This document shows positions 14,655 through 24,049 of a stretch of 25,785 nucleotides of DNA, in pieces. The notes beneath the pieces were generated by a model. The model ran no database searches and was not told the origin of the DNA. It saw only the letters and a list, made by a program, of their open reading frames with translations. Origin of the DNA: a virus (Duplodnaviria > Caudoviricetes); the IMG/VR virus record IMGVR_UViG_3300044674_001416, positions 1-25,785 of that record. The stretch is one strand, 5' to 3'. How positions within the stretch are numbered: position 1 is the first letter of the stretch; each line of letters begins with the position of its first letter. Both the position numbers and the translations under genes were made by a program.

Positions 14655-14738
14655 TCATTTCAGGTCCCGCTTGATCCATTCTATCCAGAGCCACATCACC
14701 GCTATGAACACAACCAAACCAATCACCAACCAAATCAT
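14655..14738 (-). CDS. 27-aa single-TM membrane peptide (not in ORF track)
   Basis: MIWLVIGLVVFIAVMWLWIEWIKRDLK*; GGAG 7 nt upstream. Confidence 0.55.
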   Translation of the reverse strand: MIWLVIGLVVFIAVMWLWIEWIKRDLK

Positions 14739-14750
14739 CCACCTGCTCCA

Positions 14751-16223
14751 TTATCCTTCTATTATGTTTCCATCTGAGTCTGAACTCAGGGCCCTGAGGC
14801 CCACAACCTGTAGTGCCACATCAGCGTCCACCACCTCACCTGAACTCCTGTACACAGCATACCTGGCCTGTGTCCTGTCTGTGAGGGCACCCACTGTGAT
14901 CACTGGTACATTGGTCTGCCCTGGTGTGACATTGGAGGTCTGTCCTGTGAGCAGGAACTGGGTGTTTGAATCCAAGATTGGTTCCGCCCCTGATATCTCA
15001 TCAAAATTGGGTCCCCCTGTGCTACCAGGTGCCTTGAATATGTCCAAGATCCTGAAATCATCTATGTAGAAGTTGCCCACTGTGGCGTTGCCACCAAGGT
15101 CACCAAGCCTCATTGTGGCTGAACTTATGTCCTGTGTGTAGGACCCCGCTGAAACTGTGGCAAGGTTGTGATTCCTGATCTTGAGTGTGCCACTGTCCCT
15201 GGCCACTTTGATCTGGTACCAATCGCCTGTGGGGTTGTGCCCTGTTGAAAATGAGCCTGCTGATGTCCAAGTTGAGCCATTTAGGCTGTAAGATACCTCA
15301 ATGGCACCATTGCCTGTGCCTGTCCTCAGATAGATGTCTGTGCCACCTGTGTCAAGGTGGAAGAAGTAGGGGGAGTGGGCGTAGTTGGGCGGAGAACTGA
15401 TACCATCCAACCAGGTCATCTTGACTGGTTTGTACCAGAAATCTATCTGGAAGTCACCTGTGGTGATGCCTGTGCTGGACATACTGAACTCCAACTTGTC
15501 ATTTGTGTCTGTGAGTGCTGATCCTGTGTTGTCATTGAACCTTAGTGCGGCTGGTTCAAACTTGTAAACATCCTCCACAGCATCAACACCACCTGAATTT
15601 ATTATTGAGATGGCGTTCGCTGACCTGTCGCCAATGCCTGTAAGCAACAATGGTGTGCTGTCATCTGTGTCCACCAGTCTGGCGTGTCCATTCAGTGACA
15701 GTATCTTTGAATAGGTGTTTGCCAGCGTGGGATACCTCATCTCTGTGGTACCATTGTGTAGTGTGCTGGATTCCTGGAAGAATTCAGACTGTGTCCTTGA
15801 ACTCAGCGTGGTATTGACCTTGTTGAGTTGGGCCTGTCCAACTGATGTAGAGAACACCTCCACCTTGAACTGGAAGTACCTGCCATATAACGCTGACAGA
15901 GACTGGTTTGTCTGGGCATCTATGCCAGGATCACCTGTGATGAAGTCACTGGGTTGTGTCTCTGAAGAGAACACCTTGATGTTGACATCTCCCACAGCGT
16001 CCACTGTACACAATGGGTTCACCCAGGCCTTTGAACCAAAATCTATTATGTTGGTGAAGTACTCAATGTCAGGTGTTTCATCACCAATGCCACTGAGGCT
16101 TCCAAAGTTCACTGATCCCTGTTGCCAGGATTGGTGATCCGCCCAGGTCTCTGTTGAGAGTTCATCCCAGGTGTATTCAACTATCTTCAGTGATTGATCT
16201 GTGCTGTCAAAATAACTGGCCAT
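14751..16223 (-). CDS. Tail-tip associated protein with internal LamG-like domain
   Basis: GRYFQFKVE N-domain; KF..AAL.F, GDFQIDFWYKP, WYQIKVAR, FYIDDFRI LamG motifs. Confidence 0.75.
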   Translation of the reverse strand: MASYFDSTDQSLKIVEYTWDELSTETWADHQSWQQGSVNFGSLSGIGDETPDIEYFTNIIDFGSKAWVNPLCTVDAVGDVNIKVFSSETQPSDFITGDPGIDAQTNQSLSALYGRYFQFKVEVFSTSVGQAQLNKVNTTLSSRTQSEFFQESSTLHNGTTEMRYPTLANTYSKILSLNGHARLVDTDDSTPLLLTGIGDRSANAISIINSGGVDAVEDVYKFEPAALRFNDNTGSALTDTNDKLEFSMSSTGITTGDFQIDFWYKPVKMTWLDGISSPPNYAHSPYFFHLDTGGTDIYLRTGTGNGAIEVSYSLNGSTWTSAGSFSTGHNPTGDWYQIKVARDSGTLKIRNHNLATVSAGSYTQDISSATMRLGDLGGNATVGNFYIDDFRILDIFKAPGSTGGPNFDEISGAEPILDSNTQFLLTGQTSNVTPGQTNVPVITVGALTDRTQARYAVYRSSGEVVDADVALQVVGLRALSSDSDGNIIEG

Positions 16224-16224
16224 C

Positions 16225-18471
16225 CTATCCTCCTAAGTTGTGTGAGGTTGATCTCACATTTGGGTCATTTCTAAAATCTTTTGACTGGAGCACATTGTTC
16301 AGTGCCGCTTCAAAATTGGTACCTGTTATATATTGGTCTTTGAGGTTTGTGTAAGCCACCTGTCCATACCCACTCACAGGCTGACTGCCATCCAGGTATT
16401 CCCTGTTGTCTGAACTGTTCCTGAAACGCGGTATGAGGTAAAGGTCATCATTCATACCATCCAATACAAAATGTTGTGGTGCTGTTATGTTGTTGTAATT
16501 TATTGGTTTGTCCACTATCCTTGTGACCAGTTTTGTGGACACAGAGTAGTAGTAAAATCTCACAGTGTCAATGGTTTGATCCTGTGGTGGATGGAACTTG
16601 AAATCCATCTCACTGAACAACACACCATTCCTCTCACCTTCTGCGAAATCTGTGTTGATTGGCCATCTATAGCCTGAGGTGTTGACCAACAGTGCGGTAG
16701 TGCTGTCTCCACCTGTGGATGATGTTTGGAATTTGGTCACACTGGTTGATGCTGAAAGGTCAGGGGCATCTGGCAAGATGTCATTGACACCTTCAACAGG
16801 CTGTGTGATGAAACCTGGTAAGCCGCCTGAATCAAGGTTTGGATCTGACACAAGGTCCTCAGAGTCATTTGGTGGTGCCACTGAGATTGGCACGCTTGGT
16901 GTTGGTTTTGGAACAGGGACCAGTGAGTAGTTGTCTGGCTTGTACAACTGTGATGGGATCACAATCTGTGGGCCTGACACAAATGGATACACAGACGCTG
17001 TGTGTTCCCTGGCCTGTATCTGTACTGTGCCATCCTCATTGATGGTGATGTTTACCACCCTGAATGTTGCTGATGTGAGATTTAACACCTCACTTGAAAC
17101 CCTGATGATGTCTCCTGGTTCAACATCAAGCAATTCTGGCGTCGCTGTGAAATTGATGTATCTCTGGTTCCTTGACTTCTTGTAAATCATCCTGGCCAGA
17201 TCCTGTGCTATGTTTGGATTGGACACTGTGGAGAAATCAAAATCACCAATCAGGTCCTCGCCATCCGCTGTGACATCCGCTGATTCTGTGTAGATGGCCT
17301 CCTGTTCTGTGAAATCCTTGTCTGGATCCACATACCTCACAATCACCTGGTTGTACTTGTTGGCCTTCTGTTCTCCCTGTAGGGTCACATCGCTCAACAG
17401 TTCTGTCTCTGATAGATCATACGCTGAAGTCAGCGTGGCTGATGTGATGTCAACCTCATTGCCTCCATCCTCAACCTTCAACTTGTATCTGCCTTGAATG
17501 AAAGGCATAAACGCCCTGCTACCTGTGAGCAATCGCTTGACATTGTCCAACAGCGTTGCCTTGGTTGATACCACAGCGTTCATAGTCATCGCCTTGCCTG
17601 TCTGTCCTGTTGAATAGGTTATCTGTTGGGCACATTTTATGGCCGCTGTCTTGAAGGAATCAGCATTTATCTCTTCTTTGGGTATGGCACAACCCCATCT
17701 TGTGTTCATAAGGTAGTCCAGTACACAACTCACAGGGTTGTATGAAAATGTCTTGGTTAAACCACTGTAATCATTGGCTAAATCTTCACCACCTGTGTGA
17801 TTGATCACATTGTACACCTTCTTGCCCAAGGTGTCAAATTGAATGCTTGGAATACCACCTGTATAGGGGTTGGCATCTGAATCTTCCTGTGTCTCAATCT
17901 TCTTCCATTCATATCTTGCCACACAGTAGGCCACACCAGGTAGTTGCCTTGTCCTGTTGCCCCAACTCTTGGATTCATTGGCCAGACTGCTCTGTGTCTG
18001 TGATTCTGTGCCATTGTAGATCTGTATTTTCAACCTGTTGGCGAACCTGCCTGAGGTTATGGTGTAGATCTCACCATTGTTGTATTTGTTCCCAGGAGAT
18101 GGTAGTTCAACATCCTGGATCAACACACGCTTGACGCCTTCAATCTCGCCCTCACAGATCACATACACCACATATAGATATTTGTTGCTGTCTCCATTAG
18201 TCTCCGCGAATATGATCCTGCCACCCACACGCCTGAATCCATATATCACAGGTATGTCAAGGTTTGTGCCATTCTTTGTGATTTTTACACCATCAGCACT
18301 GGCCCCTGGGTCAATGTTGCCCAGGTCAGGTATACCAACATCTGGAACCAATCCACCAAAAACACCACCAATGGCATTGCCCACAGCACTGAACACACTG
18401 CTCACTGCCTTGACCACAACATTCACTGCCTTCTTTACTATGTTGACTGCGGCTTCTACTGCTCCACCCAT
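16225..18471 (-). CDS. Tail tip / central fibre protein (lambda gpJ-like)
   Basis: IPVIYGFRRVGG, ICEGEI, LPGVAY, NPVSCVLDYLMNTRWG, G.YKL, YNQVIVRYVDP, EPGDII motifs; probable start MGGA at 18471. Confidence 0.88.
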   Translation of the reverse strand: MGGAVEAAVNIVKKAVNVVVKAVSSVFSAVGNAIGGVFGGLVPDVGIPDLGNIDPGASADGVKITKNGTNLDIPVIYGFRRVGGRIIFAETNGDSNKYLYVVYVICEGEIEGVKRVLIQDVELPSPGNKYNNGEIYTITSGRFANRLKIQIYNGTESQTQSSLANESKSWGNRTRQLPGVAYCVARYEWKKIETQEDSDANPYTGGIPSIQFDTLGKKVYNVINHTGGEDLANDYSGLTKTFSYNPVSCVLDYLMNTRWGCAIPKEEINADSFKTAAIKCAQQITYSTGQTGKAMTMNAVVSTKATLLDNVKRLLTGSRAFMPFIQGRYKLKVEDGGNEVDITSATLTSAYDLSETELLSDVTLQGEQKANKYNQVIVRYVDPDKDFTEQEAIYTESADVTADGEDLIGDFDFSTVSNPNIAQDLARMIYKKSRNQRYINFTATPELLDVEPGDIIRVSSEVLNLTSATFRVVNITINEDGTVQIQAREHTASVYPFVSGPQIVIPSQLYKPDNYSLVPVPKPTPSVPISVAPPNDSEDLVSDPNLDSGGLPGFITQPVEGVNDILPDAPDLSASTSVTKFQTSSTGGDSTTALLVNTSGYRWPINTDFAEGERNGVLFSEMDFKFHPPQDQTIDTVRFYYYSVSTKLVTRIVDKPINYNNITAPQHFVLDGMNDDLYLIPRFRNSSDNREYLDGSQPVSGYGQVAYTNLKDQYITGTNFEAALNNVLQSKDFRNDPNVRSTSHNLGG

Positions 18472-18941
18472 TATAAGATCTCCTTGATGTAGTGATGTCC
18501 ACAAGGTGTCATCATCCTGTTGAAAAAATTATCTCCATTGTCTATGAATTCTTTGTTGGCTGAATAATCGCTGTTAAAAGCCCTAACAGAAGCACAGAAG
18601 AATTCACAATCACAATCCCTGAACCACTGCTCCGCCGCCACCAAAAGGTCCTTGGCTGTGAAGCCCTGTCTCTTGCTGGGTGTCACATACAACATTGTGA
18701 CCATTCCCTCTGTGACCCCTGTCCAAGGGTTCTCAAAGGCATAGCACACAACATAGCCATCAATCTCTCCACCACGCTCACTGATGAAAACCTTGTATCC
18801 ATCCATTATGTTGACCTTTTTAACAAAGTCTATCAGTTTATCCCTGTTGAGTTTGCCAATGCCACCTCCCGCCTCAGCGGCGTGATCATAGGCCAGGTCA
18901 ATACACTGGTTCACATCTGTTGTCTTGAAATCTCTTATCAT
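18471..18941 (-). CDS. GNAT-fold protein within the tail-tip operon
   Basis: MIRDFKTTDV start and MLYVTPSKRQGFTAKDLL motif A variant; TAATG-coupled on both sides. Confidence 0.75.
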   Translation of the reverse strand: MIRDFKTTDVNQCIDLAYDHAAEAGGGIGKLNRDKLIDFVKKVNIMDGYKVFISERGGEIDGYVVCYAFENPWTGVTEGMVTMLYVTPSKRQGFTAKDLLVAAEQWFRDCDCEFFCASVRAFNSDYSANKEFIDNGDNFFNRMMTPCGHHYIKEIL

Positions 18942-19501
18942 TATGTCTTCCCCCAAAGTATGTCTTGTATGGTCTGGTGTGCGAACTCCATACTCCTATC
19001 TGATGGGTGTTCCTTCTGGAATGACCCTTCATTGGTCCTCCTACCAGTTGTCTTCTCAAAGTTGGCGAATGTTGATGCTATCTCAAGGCCAATTGTGGCT
19101 GTGTTCCTGGCATCTGTGACTGTGTATCCTGTTATCTTGCCCTTGAAAGTTATGATTGGTGTGCCCACTATTGAATTGTCTGTGGGATCAATGTATGCCA
19201 CCCTGACTGTGACTGACTTGTTCACATTGTCTGATGTGGCGAATTTTGTTATGTTGGCTGTGTCCAAGGCACTGATGGCCAGGATACAGTTGGTTATCAC
19301 AAGTTCAGCGTTCTCCTCTACCTCTGTGACAGAGATGAAGTTGCCCTGTGCTTGGTATGTGTTTGAATTATAGGTGATGTCAAATGAGGCGTCTGTGTAA
19401 TACACTGTGCCTGTTGATGTTTCAATCTCAACAAGTCCCGCCTTGACCTGGCTTTGGTTAGCAAGGTATGTCTTGAGTGCTGATTCCAGTCCCCTTGCCA
19501 T
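18941..19501 (-). CDS. Baseplate hub / minor tail protein (gpL- or DUF2163-like)
   Basis: YYTD...ITY....Y...G, F.G.I, GRRTN..Q....P.D...EF...I.WG; follows the distal tail gene. Confidence 0.75.
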   Translation of the reverse strand: MARGLESALKTYLANQSQVKAGLVEIETSTGTVYYTDASFDITYNSNTYQAQGNFISVTEVEENAELVITNCILAISALDTANITKFATSDNVNKSVTVRVAYIDPTDNSIVGTPIITFKGKITGYTVTDARNTATIGLEIASTFANFEKTTGRRTNEGSFQKEHPSDRSMEFAHQTIQDILWGKT

Positions 19502-19502
19502 C

Positions 19503-20111
19503 TTATAGTTCCTCTATTACATCAATCTCATAGGCCACTGTTCCATTTGTGGCATACTTGAATTCTTGTACATCTCGCTCAAGTGTCATCCTGAAAGGCA
19601 CATCATCCACTGTGACTGAGGATGTGTCTGTGACATCTTCAAATAGGTTTGGACTGATACCAATTGTGACAGCACCAGCACCATCAGTTGTGGCGTCAGC
19701 GGTCACCATATACACTTTGGTGTGTGAGGCGAACCTTACCACATCACCAGCCTTGAGTATGGTTGTTGAATTCTTGTTTGTGGCCAGCACCACTGATGCT
19801 GATCCCTGTGAAGTGGCACCATTCACTGTGGCTGTTATACCAGTTGTGCCTGATGAGTTGTCACTTACAGATGGTAGTTGTATGTCAAAACTGTTCAATG
19901 GTCCTTGTGATCTCACCGCCACCGCTTGTATTGGTTTCCAATTGGCCAGAGTCATTGGTGGATATTTCAATGTGGCTGAGAACCTTGATGATGCTGTGGA
20001 TACCCTAATCCTCCTACCTGATTGTGACACTGTCTGCCTTGTGTCAGTTATTGTCTTGAAATTTGTTGTGTTGAAACCAACTGTTGTTGGCCAGTTTCCA
20101 ATGTAAGCCAT
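19503..20111 (-). CDS. Distal tail protein-like
   Basis: Directly after the tape measure; S.SGR...R, L.YPPM, LKAGD.VRF..H.KVYMV..D. Confidence 0.7.
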   Translation of the reverse strand: MAYIGNWPTTVGFNTTNFKTITDTRQTVSQSGRRIRVSTASSRFSATLKYPPMTLANWKPIQAVAVRSQGPLNSFDIQLPSVSDNSSGTTGITATVNGATSQGSASVVLATNKNSTTILKAGDVVRFASHTKVYMVTADATTDGAGAVTIGISPNLFEDVTDTSSVTVDDVPFRMTLERDVQEFKYATNGTVAYEIDVIEEL

Positions 20112-22153
20112 TATACTATCGCCTTCCTTCCTTGTCTTGTGACACCTTCATTTATTATTCCTGTGATCACCGCTCGCCTTGATAACAGTAGTTCATCAAA
20201 CCCTGAGGCATCAACTGTGCTGATGTTGAAATTGATGTTGACATCTCCTGAACCAGCCGCTGTTTCCATTGCTAATTGATCATTTGGCACCACTGTGCCT
20301 GAATTGTTTGGAACAAAAAGTTCTGGTCCCTGCTCACCAACAATGTAAGGATGGTTCCTCTTGGCTGGACCACCTTCTGCCAGGAATGGTATTCCAATGC
20401 TTGATCCACCTGTGAAGAAAGCCAGTGCGGCCCTCAATCCAAGTTCAACGCCAAGTGCCCTGTTCAAATTGTTCTGTTCGCCCCTGATCTGTTTCAGTTT
20501 CTCCCTGAGTATGTCAAACACAAAGATCTCAAGACCTATCTGTATGATGCCTGATATCAACTGCCTGAATATGGCCTTGGCCACCTGTCCCAGTGCCTCT
20601 GTAAGATTCTTGGCACCCAGTATGGCATCAGCGAAAGCATCACCAACACCCCTCTTGAATGTTTCAAATCCCTTGGTCAGTAGATCAACGCCTTCCTGTA
20701 CAGGATCAAACTTCTCATACATCTTGTCAAATGTCTCAATGAAAGTGTCCTTGAAGTTTTTGAATGTGACTGTGGCCGCCTTGGTTGTGTTTGAAGTGGC
20801 CTCAGTGGCCTTCTTGAGTTTGTCCATCTCTTCCTGTGTTTTCTTTAATGCTTTCTGTTTCTCCCTGAGTTGGAGCACCAGGTTGTATAACTGCTCGCCA
20901 TACTTGCCAAGCACAACCTCCCCTGACTCAATCTTCTCAAGGAATGTTAAATTCATCTCGCCAGCACCATCAGCCCCCTCGCCAACCTTGTCAAATGCTG
21001 TCTTCATCTTGTTGGCCTCTTGCTGTGCTATGTCGCCAGCCTCTTTCATATAGGTACCAATGTCACCAAGCCCTGGTATCTTGGCTATGAGGTTTCCAAG
21101 TCCGCCAACCGCTTTACCAATGGCACCATACAGTGTGCCCAACATCTCCATCACATTGTCTATGATGGCTCCTATTGTGACCACCACAAGTTTGCCTGTG
21201 AGGCCCAGCATCAGGAATCCAACCACACCAAGTGTCTTGATGCCTGTTGGTAATGAATCTGTTGCCCTTAAAATGTTGTTGTATGATTCTTGGAAGAATT
21301 TGAACACTGGCATCATAGCGTCTATGATGTATCCAGCACCCACAATGGCTGTCTCCGCTGATTTCACTATGCCACCACCAATACGCTCAGCGGCCTTCTC
21401 TATGTCTCCAAACTGTTCTGATAGGGCGTCATTGAGCGTGGCCACAATTGATTTCAACATATCAAAAGGACCAGCGTCCATAACCATAGATTGGAAGGTG
21501 AACATTTTGTCACCCACCATTGAAACCAAACCATCAAAGGTTGATGCCAATGCGATAGATGCCTGTCCAAACTTGCCATCTGGACCAAACACTTTCTCAA
21601 GTGCTTCTGCTGTCTCTTCCGCTGTGACTGTGACCCCAGCCTTGAAGCCCAATAGGTCCCTGACACCTCTCTCCCTTAAGAGATCAGCGGCAGATATACC
21701 AGCACTCAAGGCCCTCTGGATCTGTTCACCAGCGGTCCTGAAATCAAGTCCTGTGACCGCGGCCACATTACCTGTGAGTTCCAAGTTCTTCCTAAGTTCT
21801 TCAGCGTCCTCTGAAACAACAGCAAGTACACCTGATGCCTGTGCTATCTCTTCAAGCGAGAAAGGCACAGTGCCAGCGAATTCCCTCAGTTGGTCAAACG
21901 CCTTGGCACCTTCCTCTGCTGTCCCAAACAGGAACTTGAATCTTTGTTGGAGTGTTTCAAGACTCCTCGCCACATTTAGAAAACTCCTACCAACCCTCTG
22001 TGCCCCAATCGCCGCGATGGCTCCTGTGGCCAGTTTGGCCGCTGTGCCAAGACCACCCAGGCTGTTCTGTATCCTGATGGTTGAAGCATTCAGTTGGTCA
22101 AGTTGCCTGGCACCCTGTACCTGGACCTTGACATTGTAGTTCTCTGTGACCAT
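20111..22153 (-). CDS. Tape measure protein
   Basis: 680 aa, helical, A/G-rich; FA.TVPFSLEEI tape-measure N-domain; C-terminal AEGGP...YIVGEQGPELFVP..SG.VVPN. Confidence 0.93.
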   Translation of the reverse strand: MVTENYNVKVQVQGARQLDQLNASTIRIQNSLGGLGTAAKLATGAIAAIGAQRVGRSFLNVARSLETLQQRFKFLFGTAEEGAKAFDQLREFAGTVPFSLEEIAQASGVLAVVSEDAEELRKNLELTGNVAAVTGLDFRTAGEQIQRALSAGISAADLLRERGVRDLLGFKAGVTVTAEETAEALEKVFGPDGKFGQASIALASTFDGLVSMVGDKMFTFQSMVMDAGPFDMLKSIVATLNDALSEQFGDIEKAAERIGGGIVKSAETAIVGAGYIIDAMMPVFKFFQESYNNILRATDSLPTGIKTLGVVGFLMLGLTGKLVVVTIGAIIDNVMEMLGTLYGAIGKAVGGLGNLIAKIPGLGDIGTYMKEAGDIAQQEANKMKTAFDKVGEGADGAGEMNLTFLEKIESGEVVLGKYGEQLYNLVLQLREKQKALKKTQEEMDKLKKATEATSNTTKAATVTFKNFKDTFIETFDKMYEKFDPVQEGVDLLTKGFETFKRGVGDAFADAILGAKNLTEALGQVAKAIFRQLISGIIQIGLEIFVFDILREKLKQIRGEQNNLNRALGVELGLRAALAFFTGGSSIGIPFLAEGGPAKRNHPYIVGEQGPELFVPNNSGTVVPNDQLAMETAAGSGDVNINFNISTVDASGFDELLLSRRAVITGIINEGVTRQGRKAIV

Positions 22154-22159
22154 TTGTCT

Positions 22160-22333
22160 TTACCTCTTCCTTTGGTTCATAGTCTTCTGGCTCTCTTCCT
22201 GTTCAAAAGCCATAAGCCCTGCCCATAATTTTAACTCCAACACAGAAAGTTGTTGTATCTCCTCCAGGCTCTTGTGGAGCCTTGAAGCCAACAACATCAG
22301 GAACCTTAACTCTGTGTTGGTTCTGATTCCTTT
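22160..22333 (-). CDS. Tail assembly chaperone gpT-like frame (probable -1 frameshift extension)
   Basis: The -1 frame reads KGIRTNTELRFLMLLASRLHKSLEEIQQLSVLELKLWAGLMAFEQEESQKTMNQRKR* and fills the gap before the TMP. Confidence 0.7.
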   Translation of the reverse strand, partial: KGIRTNTELRFLMLLASRLHKSLEEIQQLSVLELKLWAGLMAFEQEESQKTMNQRKR

Positions 22334-22671
22334 GCCGCTTCAGCCTGCTCAAGGTTCACTTGGGCATTGTTCAGCGTTGTGGCTATCCTGGTCAGCACCT
22401 TTGGATCTGCCTCATTTAGAAGCATACTCCTGTCAGCCTCCTGAAACATCTTTGACCCATCCTTGTTCCTGGCCTTTGATATGATTGACTGTACAAGGGC
22501 CTCAACTATCTCGCCCTTGGCCTGTAATGATATCATCTTGGCCTCATCCTTGAATGAATTGGTCTGTCTGTAATAGATGTCACAGTCCCATTCTTCCACT
22601 GTCATTTTCTTCATCTCGCCACCAATTACTGTGCTGTAATGTTGCTTGATGTTTTTTCTTATATCTGTCAT
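22306..22671 (-). CDS. Tail assembly chaperone (gpG-like)
   Basis: Position before the TMP; VEEW...IY, KA...DGSKMF...D...L pattern. Confidence 0.75.
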   Translation of the reverse strand: MTDIRKNIKQHYSTVIGGEMKKMTVEEWDCDIYYRQTNSFKDEAKMISLQAKGEIVEALVQSIISKARNKDGSKMFQEADRSMLLNEADPKVLTRIATTLNNAQVNLEQAEAAKESEPTQS

Positions 22672-22973
22672 TTAAAAAATCTCCCCTTGTTGGTTCTTGT
22701 TGTTTCCCTTGACGCTGGTTTGTAGAAGCCATTTGGTGCCTTCCTACTGTATCCTTTGTCAAGCCTTGCCACATAAGGTTGTTTGTTGGCTATGTTGTAT
22801 GTGTTGCCAACTCCCTTCCTCTTGTACCAAGAGCGAGCCGCCAACCCTGAACGCTTGGGTGTGAACTTTCTAAGATTCACCAACAGTGTGTTGGCTGTCC
22901 TGTCCATAAACACCTCAAAGTTCCTGCCCAGGGTTTGGTTGCCCCTTACAGCATTAAAAATGCCTGTTATCAT
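22668..22973 (-). CDS. HK97 gp10-like tail completion protein
   Basis: TPKRSGLAARSW...N..PYVARLDKGYSRKAPNG motif. Confidence 0.8.
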   Translation of the reverse strand: MITGIFNAVRGNQTLGRNFEVFMDRTANTLLVNLRKFTPKRSGLAARSWYKRKGVGNTYNIANKQPYVARLDKGYSRKAPNGFYKPASRETTRTNKGRFFK

Positions 22974-23378
22974 TTACACACTCGCGTATGTTAATGCTCC
23001 TGTGCCTTGAAAGGACACAGTGGCTGTGACAGCATCATTTTGGTCTGCTGTCAGGTCATAGCCTGTGATGATTACTTCACCAGTAAATTTCTTTCCTGAT
23101 ACTTCACCACTTGGGTATAACTCAACAGTCGCTGGATCTGATCCAACAGCGGCCGCCAAGGTGTCTTGTGCTGAGTCGCCTGAGTTGAATAGCACATCCA
23201 TTGTGCCTGTGAATGATGTTTGTCCTGGTAGATATGATTTTGCTTGAGTGCCCATCACTGAGGTCTCAATGATATCTCCCACTTGTGAGATTGAAAATGA
23301 TCTCACAGAAGCGATAGTTGTAGCAGAGCCTGTCACATCAAACTTTGCCACACCATCTGTTCCTACTATAGTTGCCAT
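22974..23378 (-). CDS. Major tail tube protein
   Basis: 134 aa; VRSFSI...IETSVMG...YLPG...FTG...F.G..IITG...VTATVSFQGTGAL. Confidence 0.85.
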   Translation of the reverse strand: MATIVGTDGVAKFDVTGSATTIASVRSFSISQVGDIIETSVMGTQAKSYLPGQTSFTGTMDVLFNSGDSAQDTLAAAVGSDPATVELYPSGEVSGKKFTGEVIITGYDLTADQNDAVTATVSFQGTGALTYASV

Positions 23379-23381
23379 AGG

Positions 23382-23612
23382 TTATTTCTCCTTGTTGGTT
23401 GGTTTGATTACTTCCGCTGTGGCTTCTGCTTCTAATATAGTCGCCTTCGCGGGTTCTTCATTGGTTGTTGGGACCTTTTTGGCCTTTGTTGGCTTGGGTT
23501 TCTCCACCTTGTTTGGTCTTGAAAAAGTCCACCCATCTTTCAAATATTGTTGGACCTTGCGGTTCTCAACAATCTCTGAATTCCCTTGTTTGTCAAATAG
23601 TTCTACACTCAT
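23382..23612 (-). CDS. Small hypothetical protein with K/P/E/A-rich tail
   Basis: 76 aa; AAAGGA RBS; TAATG-coupled. Confidence 0.75.
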   Translation of the reverse strand: MSVELFDKQGNSEIVENRKVQQYLKDGWTFSRPNKVEKPKPTKAKKVPTTNEEPAKATILEAEATAEVIKPTNKEK

Positions 23613-24049
23613 TAAGCATTTCCTTTCCTGTAGTGATATGTGATTGTGGCCACAACAGTGACCTCACCAATTGGGGGTTGTCGCTCTATCACCTGTACAT
23701 TGGTTATCTGTGTGCTCACAATGTGTGTGCCTGTCTCAACTGATGTGATGCTGAGATTTCTCTCAGTCTCAAGTGATTCCTCTATGTTCCTGATTATGTC
23801 ATTACGCCTTGTGTCTATGCCCTCGCCCCTCACAAAGCACCTCATTGACACATCCATCACGCCCCTACGCTCATCCATTGATATGTCCTCCCTTGATTCA
23901 TTCAAGGGCACAACCAGTATGGCTGGGAACTGTGTGATGGCCAACTTCTCAAAGTCAAAGAAGTCCCTTGACACCTTGCCAGGTCCTGGGTTGGTCATAT
24001 TGGCCAACACCTTTTCTAATCTCTTTAAAATATCTTCCCTCGCTGACAT
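23612..24049 (-). CDS. Tail terminator-like protein
   Basis: MSAREDIL, QFPAILV, IEESLE...L pattern; acidic; between adaptor and tube. Confidence 0.7.
   Translation of the reverse strand: MSAREDILKRLEKVLANMTNPGPGKVSRDFFDFEKLAITQFPAILVVPLNESREDISMDERRGVMDVSMRCFVRGEGIDTRRNDIIRNIEESLETERNLSITSVETGTHIVSTQITNVQVIERQPPIGEVTVVATITYHYRKGNA

Noticed and set aside
20361-22139. Long + strand ORFs (230 and 359 aa) and similar ones opposite other structural genes
   Set aside because: They are antisense shadows of well-supported - strand genes, with no RBS and low-complexity S/P/A translations.
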